64,000 bases of DNA from Candidatus Cloacimonadales bacterium (GCA_963674825.1 OY771587.1:3040001-3104000), one strand, 5' to 3'. Positions 19,585 to 29,496 are shown, counted from the first letter of the stretch. Translations and numbers: made by a program. The notes: generated by a model not told the origin, from the letters alone.

Positions 19585-21203
19585 AATTCCTCTATAGTCA
19601 GTATGATCTTGTCTTTATCTGTGGGAATGAAGCAGGCGTATCGCGCATCCGGCATCATTCGGTCACGGAATGCGTCTGTTTCTGATACAAAAATGACCGC
19701 TCGTTTGAGATATTGTAAAGGGATTTCTTGGTTTTGTTCGGCCAGGCGTTCAATGACGCGCCGTTTATCGATTTCCTGTGCACGCAGATATTCCGGGAAC
19801 CAGTGGCTGTTCGCAATTTCACACCAGTCCCAGCGCAGGCAGTCGATTGCCTCATAGTCGTCACCTATGTAATGAACCAGATGTTCTGCCTGTACCTGCC
19901 AGGTTGCGCTCTGCAGCGGGATATCGTTGGCTTCCCACCAGTCGAGTAAGTTCTGATAGAAGTCGTATGGAGTCGTAGCGCGCTGGACGAGGTGGTCGAT
20001 GGTCTGGGAGAATTTCTCACTGTTGTAGAAGATGTCCACCAGCCTTGCGATGCGGATGAGACGAGATATTTTCTGGAACGACACCCAATTAGTGCGCAGG
20101 ATATGGTACGGTGGATTCGCCATGCAGTCGAACTCGCTGTCATCCAGGAAGATGTTTGTTCCTGGCAGCACCTTGAGGAAACCCATTTGGAAGTGATCCG
20201 GCTTGAGCGCGTAGATGCGGTTAAAGCTTTCTCGTATATGCTCTTCTGTCTGGTATGGTAATCCGCATATCATGTCGAGGTGGATATGGATATTTCCCGG
20301 TTCGATGAGCTGTTTGAGGATGGGCTCCACATTCGTCCATGATTCATTGCGGTTGATGGCGCGCAGGATTTCATCGTGGGTCGATTGGATGCCGGCTTCG
20401 AACTGGAACAGGTGTGGCGGTGCAGACGTCAACAGGTCGAGATCCTTTTGGCGCAGCAGATTGGGATATACTTCGAAGTGGAATCGTGTTGTCGGGTTCA
20501 GCTTGATCAGGTGTTCCCAGATGGCATAAGCATATTCGGGATCGGCGTTGAAGGAGCGATCGACGAGTTTGACAATGTTCGGTTTGTGAGACGATAGCCA
20601 CTCCAGTTCCGGTAGAACTTTATCCAGGCCGCGCTTTTCAAGCTTGTGCCGTGAAGAAACGCAGTAAGAACAATTGAACGGGCATCCACGACTCGCCTCG
20701 TAGTAGATGTACTTGCCTTTCAGCGACTGCATATCCTCGTCGGTGTATAGGAAGGGGAGAGAAGAGAATCCCCTTTTGTTCCCTTTTATCAAGGGGGTGA
20801 GAGAGGAATCCGTTGCTTCACTTTCAGCCTCTATCATTTCCCGGAATGGAATCTCACCGAAGCCTTCGATGATGTGATTCTGCTCTCCGGCCAGCTTCGA
20901 CCAGAACTCTGGATTACCGCTGACTTCCGGGCCGCCGAGTACGAGCTTTGCGTCGGGGAGTATGGCTTTCAATGCCGGCACGATCTCTTGAAATAGCACA
21001 GAGTTCCATATGTAGATGGAGAGCGCGATCAGGTCGGGCTTGTGACGCCCGATCTCGGAGAGAATCTCGAGCGATGGTTGATGGATGGTGAATTCCTGGA
21101 TACGCACGTGATGCGATAGGTCTGCGATTGCACTGCGTAGATAATACAATGCCGGGCACGAGTGTGTAAAACGGCTATTGATAGCAACAAGCGAGATGTT
21201 CAT
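19581..21203 (-). CDS. Cobalamin-binding radical SAM protein (DUF4080-type)
   Basis: SIYIWN, LGGPEVS, EASRGCPFNCSYC, HLDMICGLP and GFLKVLPGT motifs. Confidence 0.9.
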   Translation of the reverse strand: MNISLVAINSRFTHSCPALYYLRSAIADLSHHVRIQEFTIHQPSLEILSEIGRHKPDLIALSIYIWNSVLFQEIVPALKAILPDAKLVLGGPEVSGNPEFWSKLAGEQNHIIEGFGEIPFREMIEAESEATDSSLTPLIKGNKRGFSSLPFLYTDEDMQSLKGKYIYYEASRGCPFNCSYCVSSRHKLEKRGLDKVLPELEWLSSHKPNIVKLVDRSFNADPEYAYAIWEHLIKLNPTTRFHFEVYPNLLRQKDLDLLTSAPPHLFQFEAGIQSTHDEILRAINRNESWTNVEPILKQLIEPGNIHIHLDMICGLPYQTEEHIRESFNRIYALKPDHFQMGFLKVLPGTNIFLDDSEFDCMANPPYHILRTNWVSFQKISRLIRIARLVDIFYNSEKFSQTIDHLVQRATTPYDFYQNLLDWWEANDIPLQSATWQVQAEHLVHYIGDDYEAIDCLRWDWCEIANSHWFPEYLRAQEIDKRRVIERLAEQNQEIPLQYLKRAVIFVSETDAFRDRMMPDARYACFIPTDKDKIILTIEEL

Positions 21204-21923
21204 TTATGAGCCGATGCGAGGTAAAATATCTTCTACCGCGCGTTGGTAATCCTCCGGGAAATCGATTTCGATACAGGCGTAATCCTGTGTGGGAACAGCG
21301 ATGAGCTTGTGTTTTTTTGCAAGCAGATCGACAGCCCACTCGAAATAATTTTGATTCAGCTTCTGATCAACGCCTTGCTGAAGGCATTCCGCGAAGTCGG
21401 GTAGCACGTTACGAGTGAATTTACCAATGCCGATGAATTCGCCGGCACAGTCCTTCGGATCCAGTTTTTTACCGATCTCGAGGATGCGGTAGTCGTTGTC
21501 GATGACCATCTTGACCTCTTCCTCGGCGCAACGCTTGGTCTCGAGCAACAGCTCGGGATATCCGTGGTCTTCCTTGATCAGATCGAGGAGCTTGGGATCG
21601 AATAAGATATCTGCGTTGAAATAGAGAAAGTCGTCGTCAAAATTCTCTCTGGCCAGCCACAGCGAGTAGATGGTGTTGGTTGTACGGTAATCGGGATTGT
21701 ACACTACGGTGAAGCTCTCGAGAACTTCACCGATGTGCGTTTTCATTTTATCGATCTCATAGCCAAGTACGAAAACGAAATCCTCGATACCAATGCGCAG
21801 GCATGCACCGATCATATGGTGCAGCAGCGATTTGTCACCGATTTGCAGCATGCTTTTAGGTAAACCGTTCGTGACGGGATGTATTCGTTTCCCATATCCA
21901 GCTGCGAGAATTATGGCTTTCAT
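21204..21923 (-). CDS. Phosphocholine/phosphonate cytidylyltransferase-family (LicC-like) nucleotidyltransferase
   Basis: ILAAGYGKR..PK, TNTIYSL, EEVK, GEFIG and EIDFPED motifs. Confidence 0.85.
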   Translation of the reverse strand: MKAIILAAGYGKRIHPVTNGLPKSMLQIGDKSLLHHMIGACLRIGIEDFVFVLGYEIDKMKTHIGEVLESFTVVYNPDYRTTNTIYSLWLARENFDDDFLYFNADILFDPKLLDLIKEDHGYPELLLETKRCAEEEVKMVIDNDYRILEIGKKLDPKDCAGEFIGIGKFTRNVLPDFAECLQQGVDQKLNQNYFEWAVDLLAKKHKLIAVPTQDYACIEIDFPEDYQRAVEDILPRIGS

Positions 21924-21928
21924 ATTTT

Positions 21929-23467
21929 CTATCTGTACTGCAACATTTCACGCAGTTGAGCACGATTGTGTGCGCTTTCCAGTGCATTTTCAGGACTGAT
22001 CAGACCCTTGCGAGAAAGTGCGTACAGATCCTGCTCCATCGTTTGCATGCCAACTTTCTGGCCTTGCATGATAAGCGTGTAAAGCTCGTTGATGTTGTTG
22101 TTCTGGATGGCTTGTTTGGTTTGGGCTGTGTTTATGAAAATCTCTTTTGCATGAACCATCGATTGTCGCGTTCCAGGAACAAGCTGTGTCGAGATTATCG
22201 AATTGATCGCCTGAGAAACCGCGACTCTTATCTGATCCTGCTCACCAGCAGGGAAGAGATTGAGTATCTTCTGGATCGCTTCGGTGGTGGATTTGCTGCG
22301 CATCGTGGCATAAACCATCGTGCCGGAATCGACCAGCTTAAAGATCGTTTCGGCGACATCCGGATAGCGAATATCCTCTACAACGACCAGGTTCGGATTG
22401 TAGTCCAGGCAACTTTTCAGGCCATCAACGAGGCTGTTGACATCGCTGTGGATTTCCTGCTGGCGAACCAGACATTTGCGTGATTCGTGATAGTATTCGA
22501 TGGAATCTGAGAGCAGGAAGATGCTCCCGTTTCCGTTCTGATTGTTGTAATCGACCAGTGAATCGATCATCGTACTCTTGCCTGATCCTGCCGGCCCGGT
22601 AAAGATGACCAGTCCGCCGTTGTCATTACGGAGTGTGATTCGGTTGAGAAGTGCCGATGGAAGCGTGAACATGTCGATTGGTGTAACTTCACGCCGAGTA
22701 GGTTTGATGCAGACGACCATTTCATTTAGCTCAAAGTACGCTTTAACGCGATAACGATAGAGCACGTCTTCTGCCTGGAATTCGTGATTGAATTTCAGAT
22801 ATTTCTGCTTCAGCATCAGGTCCAGCTCTTCTTTGCTGAGGATACTAAGAATCATGATATTAATCTCGTCCTGATTGAAAGTTCTTTCGACCTCAAAGGG
22901 AATGAAGCGATTTTTGATCTTCGCCCAGATGCGTCCTTTGGAGCCGTGACCACCCATCTCGACATAGGACGCGCCCTGATTTTCGATAAACAGCAGGAAT
23001 TCTTCGAGCTTGTTGAACACCTTTTCTTGAAGGTCGGGATTGGTGTTCAGCTTATCTTTGAGGCGTTTCAGTTTGTCGTTAGTCGTGGTGCGGAAGAGTT
23101 GACGCCGTTCGATCAGTCCAAGCTCAACAACCTGCAGGAATTCCTTCATATTGATCGGCTTGGTGAGGAACCGGAACGCTCCGTAGTTGAGTGCTTCGCG
23201 GGTGTATTCCATGTCGTCGTAGCCGGTGACGATGATCACGATGGCATCGGGATCGATCATCTTGAGCACTTTCATGAAATCGACACCGTTCATCTCGGGC
23301 ATCATGATGTCAGTGATGTACAGGTCGAAGCTCTTTTCACCTGCAAGGCGGAAGGCTTCCTGACCGTTTTGTGCTTCATGGATCTCGTAGTCTTCGGTTT
23401 CCAGAAAGTTCCGGTAAAGTTCGCGAATTTCAGGTTCGTCGTCAATGATCAGGATTCTTGGTCTCAT
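21929..23467 (-). CDS. Response-regulator receiver domain fused to a degenerate PilT/PilU-like ATPase
   Basis: REC: IIDDE, DIMMP, TG, KP; PilT-like: GPAGSGKST, GMQTMEQDL; Asp box, Walker B and His box altered. Confidence 0.85.
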   Translation of the reverse strand: MRPRILIIDDEPEIRELYRNFLETEDYEIHEAQNGQEAFRLAGEKSFDLYITDIMMPEMNGVDFMKVLKMIDPDAIVIIVTGYDDMEYTREALNYGAFRFLTKPINMKEFLQVVELGLIERRQLFRTTTNDKLKRLKDKLNTNPDLQEKVFNKLEEFLLFIENQGASYVEMGGHGSKGRIWAKIKNRFIPFEVERTFNQDEINIMILSILSKEELDLMLKQKYLKFNHEFQAEDVLYRYRVKAYFELNEMVVCIKPTRREVTPIDMFTLPSALLNRITLRNDNGGLVIFTGPAGSGKSTMIDSLVDYNNQNGNGSIFLLSDSIEYYHESRKCLVRQQEIHSDVNSLVDGLKSCLDYNPNLVVVEDIRYPDVAETIFKLVDSGTMVYATMRSKSTTEAIQKILNLFPAGEQDQIRVAVSQAINSIISTQLVPGTRQSMVHAKEIFINTAQTKQAIQNNNINELYTLIMQGQKVGMQTMEQDLYALSRKGLISPENALESAHNRAQLREMLQYR

Positions 23468-23482
23468 ATGTCTAAATACTCC

Positions 23483-24811
23483 TTAGTCGGATTCGGTCCA
23501 GCGAGTCACTCTTCGCTCTCCGGTATCTGGAATTCCCGGAGGTGATTTCGTTCTGAATCTGTTATCGTACACGATTCGTTCTTTAAAGCCCTTTGGCTGC
23601 GCGAGGTTACCGTTCCAGGTAACGATGGGCTTGCTCTGGAGTCGGCTTCCAAAGGTAGTCCAGAACCCATAGTATTTTCCACCCCAGTTCTGGATTGTGA
23701 TATCGTTTGGTGTGACGATATTCGCCATGATCATGCATCCGGGCCATTCTCCGCCGAGGTCGTAATGTTTATCGGCAGGAATGAATATCTCATCAGCAAT
23801 GAGCCCCAGCATATCTTCGGAATCTTCCGGGACGCTGGGGATGCCTTCTGCGTTCTGGGTTGCGTCGCTATAGATGATATCTCCATCGATGAACATATCC
23901 TTCGATGTCTCGATGCTCAGGTTGCCCTTGATGGTTCCCTGAATGTGCAGATCTCTTTTAGCAACGATAACATGGCTGGTTATATCTGCAATATCCATCG
24001 TAACGACGTGAGTTCCGGTTTTATTCTGAAGGGTTATTGAACCGTCTGCAAAGAAGTAAACGAAGATATCGCCTACGGATGACGGGAACAGGGTTTCGAT
24101 ATCGAGCGGTGTTCCTGTCACTTTGGAGTAGTCAATAGAGAGTGCTGATGTGTTAAACGGAATTACGCGGTGAGTGAAGTCGTTATTATCGCCTGTAAGG
24201 CCTGTGTAGTCGGCTCCGGGGATATCGTCTTCGTCATAGTAGTGTCCGCTACCGCGAATGTAGAGGCCACCGGATGTTGTCAGGTTTCCGTTGAAGATGG
24301 GTCCGGGATAAAATACGCCCGAATGCCAACGGTCTCTATCGATACGGAATGCATCGTTGCAGTGAACAGGTCCCCAGAAATCTTCGCCGGTTCCATACCA
24401 GCCTCCTGTGAACTTGTTTACGAAGTAGGCATAGTAGGAGTATGGAAGCTCCCAGTCGGCGACTGTCACTGTTACACTTTCACCATCAATGTCGGCGGTG
24501 GATGTTATAACAACTTCTCCCGTTGAAGCATCACGTTCCACAACGACTTTTATATCGCCGCGAAGAGGAGTTGATATCTTGTGATCTTCACTGATGCTTG
24601 CCATGTATTCCGGTGTATCACGGAATGAAGCTGACCGAATCAAGTCGAGCTTCTGATAGGCATAGCTATTCGCCACGTTGAGCGCGACGCGTTTATTATA
24701 CAGCTCGATCGTCTCGCGAAGCGCCGCTTCTTCAGGGCCTTTCGCGCTTATCATCATGTAGGAGATGGACACAAACAGTGCCATCACAACGTATATTGCA
24801 TATCTTCCCAT
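23483..24811 (-). CDS. PilX-like minor pilin / DUF4900-like protein
   Basis: N-terminal hydrophobic helix followed by A.N.A.S; GPVHCN, DMLGLIA and YD.R....PP motifs. Confidence 0.6.
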   Translation of the reverse strand: MGRYAIYVVMALFVSISYMMISAKGPEEAALRETIELYNKRVALNVANSYAYQKLDLIRSASFRDTPEYMASISEDHKISTPLRGDIKVVVERDASTGEVVITSTADIDGESVTVTVADWELPYSYYAYFVNKFTGGWYGTGEDFWGPVHCNDAFRIDRDRWHSGVFYPGPIFNGNLTTSGGLYIRGSGHYYDEDDIPGADYTGLTGDNNDFTHRVIPFNTSALSIDYSKVTGTPLDIETLFPSSVGDIFVYFFADGSITLQNKTGTHVVTMDIADITSHVIVAKRDLHIQGTIKGNLSIETSKDMFIDGDIIYSDATQNAEGIPSVPEDSEDMLGLIADEIFIPADKHYDLGGEWPGCMIMANIVTPNDITIQNWGGKYYGFWTTFGSRLQSKPIVTWNGNLAQPKGFKERIVYDNRFRTKSPPGIPDTGERRVTRWTESD

Positions 24812-24829
24812 GGTATCCTCCCGGGTTGA

Positions 24830-25411
24830 TTACCAGTCCCAAATGCACTTCAAAAAGATAATACCTTCTCCGATTGCCATAGCCCGATCTCCATCGGTAT
24901 GTCCGGCATCGGCTCCATAAGTGTCTTCGCTTTCCATTGTGAATTTGTATCCAACAAATTGAATATCATTTGTGTTGGTCGTTTCATTGTAATTATTATC
25001 GTAATATGTGAATTTGAAACTTGTTACGCCCATGAAACCATCGTTGATCGTTTTACCGTTCACAGTGAATTCGACGTTTCGGTCGTTAAGAGTCGGTGTG
25101 GGATCTTCAACCCAAGGTTTGTATGCGATGGAAACGGTATCCATAACGCTATCGTCATCGATATCCGCGACGAAAACCAGTTTCTTGGCGTCAGCTATAG
25201 TGATCGCCTTCTCGATATTGGAAACGGATCGTCCTACGTTTTTAATCTGGTTGCGTAGGACTTCCTTGAGCAGCTCGGAATATGACTGCTCGCGGTAGGT
25301 CAACGTTGCCTCGATATTGGACTCATAGGTGCTGATCTGCATCTTGAAGACAAGCGATATCAACATCATCGTAAGGATGAAAGCGCCAATGATTTCAAGT
25401 GCTGTTTGCAT
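24830..25411 (-). CDS. PilW-like minor pilin
   Basis: MQTALEIIG hydrophobic N-terminus; ADIDDD; F.FTYYD motif. Confidence 0.6.
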   Translation of the reverse strand: MQTALEIIGAFILTMMLISLVFKMQISTYESNIEATLTYREQSYSELLKEVLRNQIKNVGRSVSNIEKAITIADAKKLVFVADIDDDSVMDTVSIAYKPWVEDPTPTLNDRNVEFTVNGKTINDGFMGVTSFKFTYYDNNYNETTNTNDIQFVGYKFTMESEDTYGADAGHTDGDRAMAIGEGIIFLKCIWDW

Positions 25412-25426
25412 CGCTCACCTCCTCTT

Positions 25427-25822
25427 CTATAGCTCTGTAAAAACGTGCTGAAGCTCGATCGTGAATGTCTGGCTTTGATCCTGGACAAGGACTTTCAGCA
25501 GCTTATAATTTGTCGTGAGCGTTGTTTTTGCAAAGCCATTCGAGTTGAACGCCGCGAAGTCGATGCTCGAGGTAACTCTGAATGTGTCAGCTCCAAAATC
25601 AACTTTGTCCCACTTCCCATTCTTGTCGAATTCATCTTCCAGATCATCGAAATCCACCGACCATCCGCGTTCGATGATCGACTGAGCAAGTGAGACCGCA
25701 TCGTTCTGAAGCTGGCTGTTGATGGTGGATTCGGCTGTATTCTTTTTGTGCGTGTTCATGGTGACCACAAGGTTCATGAACAGGAAGATCGCGATCAGAA
25801 CATAGAGGTATTGGCTTCCCAT
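25427..25822 (-). CDS. PilV-like minor pilin
   Basis: Short protein; N-terminal hydrophobic helix, A.SLAQS.IE, FDDL and K...V.V motifs; lies between pilB and the pilW-like gene. Confidence 0.6.
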   Translation of the reverse strand: MGSQYLYVLIAIFLFMNLVVTMNTHKKNTAESTINSQLQNDAVSLAQSIIERGWSVDFDDLEDEFDKNGKWDKVDFGADTFRVTSSIDFAAFNSNGFAKTTLTTNYKLLKVLVQDQSQTFTIELQHVFTEL

Positions 25823-25830
25823 AAGTTCTC

Positions 25831-27606
25831 CTAATCGGTTGTTGTCGAGAGGACGTCGTTAAGGTCGGCGACACCCTTGCGGACAAGCTCGATACCGGCC
25901 TGACGCAGTGACAACATTCCCTGTTTCTCGGCGATGCGCCTGATTTTGTTTTCGTCGATATCGGATTTCGAATCCAGAATAGCCTGCTGTATTTCGTGGG
26001 AGAAGAACAGCGTTTCGTGAATACCGGCGCGGCCTTTGAAGCCTGTCCCGCGACAAAGATCACAGCCCACCGGTTCGAAAACTTTGCCTTCGAGGATTTC
26101 TTCGGTAGTGATACCGTATTGCTCATATATTTTTGCGTTTTCTTTCGACACGGGTCGCTTGCAGGCTTTGCAGAGTTTACGCACAAGGCGCTGCGCAACG
26201 ATAATATTAATCGCGTTGGCCATCAAGAATGTCTCAATCTGCATTTTATACATACGAGAGATAGCGCTGGGTGCGTCGTTAGTATGCAGCGTCGCGAAAG
26301 TAAGGTGACCGGTGTTCGCGAGCTTGATACCGATTTCAGCTGTCTTCTTATCGCGAATCTCACCAACCATGACGATATCGGGGTCGTGACGAAGGATCGC
26401 GCGGAGTGCGAGGTCGAAGGTACATTTCGGGCTGATCTTGATCTGACGAGCGCCTTTGACGACATACTCGACCGGTTCCTCGACAGTCAGTGCGTTACGT
26501 TCCGGTGTCATTACGTGATAGAGTGTTGCAAGAAGCGTGGTACTTTTACCGGAACCGGTAGGTCCCGTGATGATCACCATACCTTGTGGCTTCGCGACGG
26601 CTCTTTCAAAGTCGCGTCTCGATTGTGACAGGAAGCCAAGATCGTCGATGTTGTCGATGACGTTACGGTCATCCAAAATACGAATAACGATACTCTCGAA
26701 ATGCCGTTCCATTTCGCGGGAAACAATCGGCAGGATCGAGACACGGAAACGGATTGTATAACCGTCGATGTCACGCTGGATGAATCCGTCTTGAGCCTCG
26801 TCGATCTTGAAACGATCCACACCCAGCGACCGGTCTTTCACCACAGCCTGGAACGCCTGCGGGTTGATGTTTTCCTTCCGTTTCCAGAGGGTTAGCTTAC
26901 CGTCGATACGGAACATAATGTCGGTAGTTTTCACATCAAATGGTATGATGTGAATATCACTAACCTTGTTCTTGACAGCTTCCACCAGAGCCGCTTCGAA
27001 GAGATAGACAAGTGCGCCTTTGTTGATTTCCTGATTGATCAGATCATCGTCGTCCGTCTTCTTGGAATCCTCGATGGCATTGATATCGATGGTTCCTTCT
27101 TCGGTACCGAGCAGGTCGAGGAATTCGTTTTCATCTTTCTGCACGATGTCGATAAGGCGCTTGATTTCGTCGAAAGGTGTATAGACGATCTCGTAGCGTT
27201 TGACTTTGGAGTAGGAGGCGATTTCTTTTGCGAAGCTATCGGTAGGATTAGAAGCCAGGATAATCAGAGTCTCGATGCGCTTCTTCTGAATCTTATAGGG
27301 GATAATCTTTTTCTGCAGGGCTTCGTTTTTTACGTCCTTCGGAAGCGAATCAAGCAGCTGCGTGATTTCTTCGATGTCGTCTTCGCTCAATTTCTCCGGC
27401 GAGATATTCATCTTGGAAATAGCGTAAAGCTTGGCTACCTCGGTGTACAGACGGTCCCTGTCAACCTGATATTGGTCGATGAGAATCTCTTCAAGCGTCT
27501 GGGTGTTGTCTGGTTTGTCCAGCTTGACCCTGGCCGCGTTGAGAATCTCTTCGGTAATGATATTCTTGAGAACGAGCAATTTTCCTAAAAACTGATTTTC
27601 TTTCAT
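25831..27606 (-). CDS. pilB: Type IV pilus assembly ATPase PilB/GspE
   Basis: SDIHI, RIDG, GPTGSGKSTT, EEPVEY, LRHDPDIVMVGEIRD, TGH..ATLHTN; Zn motifs CKAC and CDLC. Confidence 0.93.
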   Translation of the reverse strand: MKENQFLGKLLVLKNIITEEILNAARVKLDKPDNTQTLEEILIDQYQVDRDRLYTEVAKLYAISKMNISPEKLSEDDIEEITQLLDSLPKDVKNEALQKKIIPYKIQKKRIETLIILASNPTDSFAKEIASYSKVKRYEIVYTPFDEIKRLIDIVQKDENEFLDLLGTEEGTIDINAIEDSKKTDDDDLINQEINKGALVYLFEAALVEAVKNKVSDIHIIPFDVKTTDIMFRIDGKLTLWKRKENINPQAFQAVVKDRSLGVDRFKIDEAQDGFIQRDIDGYTIRFRVSILPIVSREMERHFESIVIRILDDRNVIDNIDDLGFLSQSRRDFERAVAKPQGMVIITGPTGSGKSTTLLATLYHVMTPERNALTVEEPVEYVVKGARQIKISPKCTFDLALRAILRHDPDIVMVGEIRDKKTAEIGIKLANTGHLTFATLHTNDAPSAISRMYKMQIETFLMANAINIIVAQRLVRKLCKACKRPVSKENAKIYEQYGITTEEILEGKVFEPVGCDLCRGTGFKGRAGIHETLFFSHEIQQAILDSKSDIDENKIRRIAEKQGMLSLRQAGIELVRKGVADLNDVLSTTTD

Positions 27607-27607
27607 C

Positions 27608-28954
27608 TTATGCACCTGGCGTGGGTGGACGCATGAATGCGCTTTCCGAGGAGACAACAATCAGAGCCGTCATCACCACGAGGATGAACAATGCCGTTAA
27701 GACATCTATCGTTTGGAGAATCGATTGGAATTTATACTTTGTTTCTTTCTCATAATAAGCAGCGATCTGGAAGGCCGCGTTCTTCACAGAACCCGTTGCG
27801 GAACCTGCGTTCAAACGTGTGATCGCGGTATCCGTAAATACTTCCGATGCCTCAATCGCATCAATCAGGCCGGCACCTTCCTTCAGCATGCGAGGGATTG
27901 TAATTTCTTTGATCTGGCGCTCCATATGTGCGTTGCCACAGGCTTCTGCAGCAATCTGGAGGACTTCGATGTTGTTTCCCGAACCGCTATAAACGATTGA
28001 GAATACGCGGAAGAAAATCTCGATATTCATTTTGTGGATCAGGCCGCCAATGACTGGAATCTTGATGATATTCTTGTCGCGCCACAGCCTTCCCTTAGGT
28101 GTTGTGAACCACCACAGTACAAATGCGATGGGTATGATAAAAGCAAGTGCCAGCCACCACCAGTTATCCTGGAGGAAATAGCTGAGCTGCATGGTCGCAG
28201 CCGTCATGGGAGGGAGGTCCATCTTGAACCGGATGAACATCTCCGTGATTTCCGGGAAGAGTTTGCCGACATAGTAACCGATCGCGCCCAGGATCGCAAG
28301 GAATGTAACAATGGGCATCACCAGAGCCTGACGCAGGTTCTTCTGAAAGTCCGCCTGGCGAGTCAGGTATTCGGCTGTACTCTTGTAGATTTCCGCCATG
28401 TTACCGGACTTCGATGCCAAACCGAGCATGTAGGACGTGAACTTGCCGAACACATCCGAATACTTCTGGAAGACACTCATACCGTCCTGGCCCTGACGCA
28501 AATCGCGCGAGATACCTTTAACTGCGGTACGCAGCGTTTTATTCTGCACGTCGGTAGCGTGGATCTTGAGGATTTCGTCGAACTTCATGTTCTCATTGAG
28601 CATGTCAGCCGTGATGGAGATAAACATCACGATATCGCCAAACGGTGGCTTGAGCCGCAGGTTCATAAGGTTCGGTTCGACAGCGATATTTTTGTATCCG
28701 AGGCTGGCAAGCGCGTTCTGAAGCTCATCCTTCGTAAACGCGTCCTGCTCACCCTTTACTTTCTTGCCTTGCGATGTGACAGCCTTGTAGAGGAAGGATT
28801 TTTTCTGCTCGACTTTTTGCACGCCAAAATTATGCTCAAGCGCAAGCTGATTGATCTTCTTGCGTGCCATAGCCAGGCTCGCTTCGTAGATCGTACCACG
28901 CACGATTTTCTTGGTGTCTCGCTTTACGCCTTGATAGCGGAATTCCTTCAGCAT
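27608..28954 (-). CDS. pilC: Type IV pilus platform protein PilC/GspF
   Basis: T2SSF repeats, LPPMT, KIPVIG, three TM segments; upstream of pilB. Confidence 0.9.
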   Translation of the reverse strand: MLKEFRYQGVKRDTKKIVRGTIYEASLAMARKKINQLALEHNFGVQKVEQKKSFLYKAVTSQGKKVKGEQDAFTKDELQNALASLGYKNIAVEPNLMNLRLKPPFGDIVMFISITADMLNENMKFDEILKIHATDVQNKTLRTAVKGISRDLRQGQDGMSVFQKYSDVFGKFTSYMLGLASKSGNMAEIYKSTAEYLTRQADFQKNLRQALVMPIVTFLAILGAIGYYVGKLFPEITEMFIRFKMDLPPMTAATMQLSYFLQDNWWWLALAFIIPIAFVLWWFTTPKGRLWRDKNIIKIPVIGGLIHKMNIEIFFRVFSIVYSGSGNNIEVLQIAAEACGNAHMERQIKEITIPRMLKEGAGLIDAIEASEVFTDTAITRLNAGSATGSVKNAAFQIAAYYEKETKYKFQSILQTIDVLTALFILVVMTALIVVSSESAFMRPPTPGA

Positions 28955-29496
28955 TAGCCCAATCCTTATAATTACAGTTTTTCTCTAATGAGAATATAAC
29001 CTCAACCGTGATATTGCGCAGATTTTTTCATTCTGTCAACAAAAAACCTTTCGTCGCGGTGGGTTTTCCGCTTTGGAAAACGATTTCAACCTAAAAATGC
29101 CACATGGTTTTGACCGATTGAGGCGATAATGCTAATAAAGTATTTTAAGATTCTTTGTCAAGAACGTACTCACTTATTAATGAGTAATATTCATATTTAA
29201 TGGACGGCCGTAAGTTCATTATTGTGTAATAAATTGCATGTCAATAAAATACGAAAACATGCTACTTAAAAGAATGTAAGGATTTTTTTATTGTATACCG
29301 ATCGTGATAATCGTGACAATGCCAAGTAGATGATGTACATTCAAAAATTGATCAACCAAATTTGTCTATTTTCTGAAGATCGCTTGGATTGGGGGTTTCA
29401 GGCATGTGGTTCAGATTCATTATAGAACTGGTTGACAAAGAAGTGCATTCGTACGTTTTTCGTTCGATAGCGTAATATACTTACATTGGAGGAATT

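Noticed and set aside
29030..29130. Possible c-di-GMP-I riboswitch upstream of pilC
   Set aside because: The conserved GCAAA/GNRA-receptor core could not be matched
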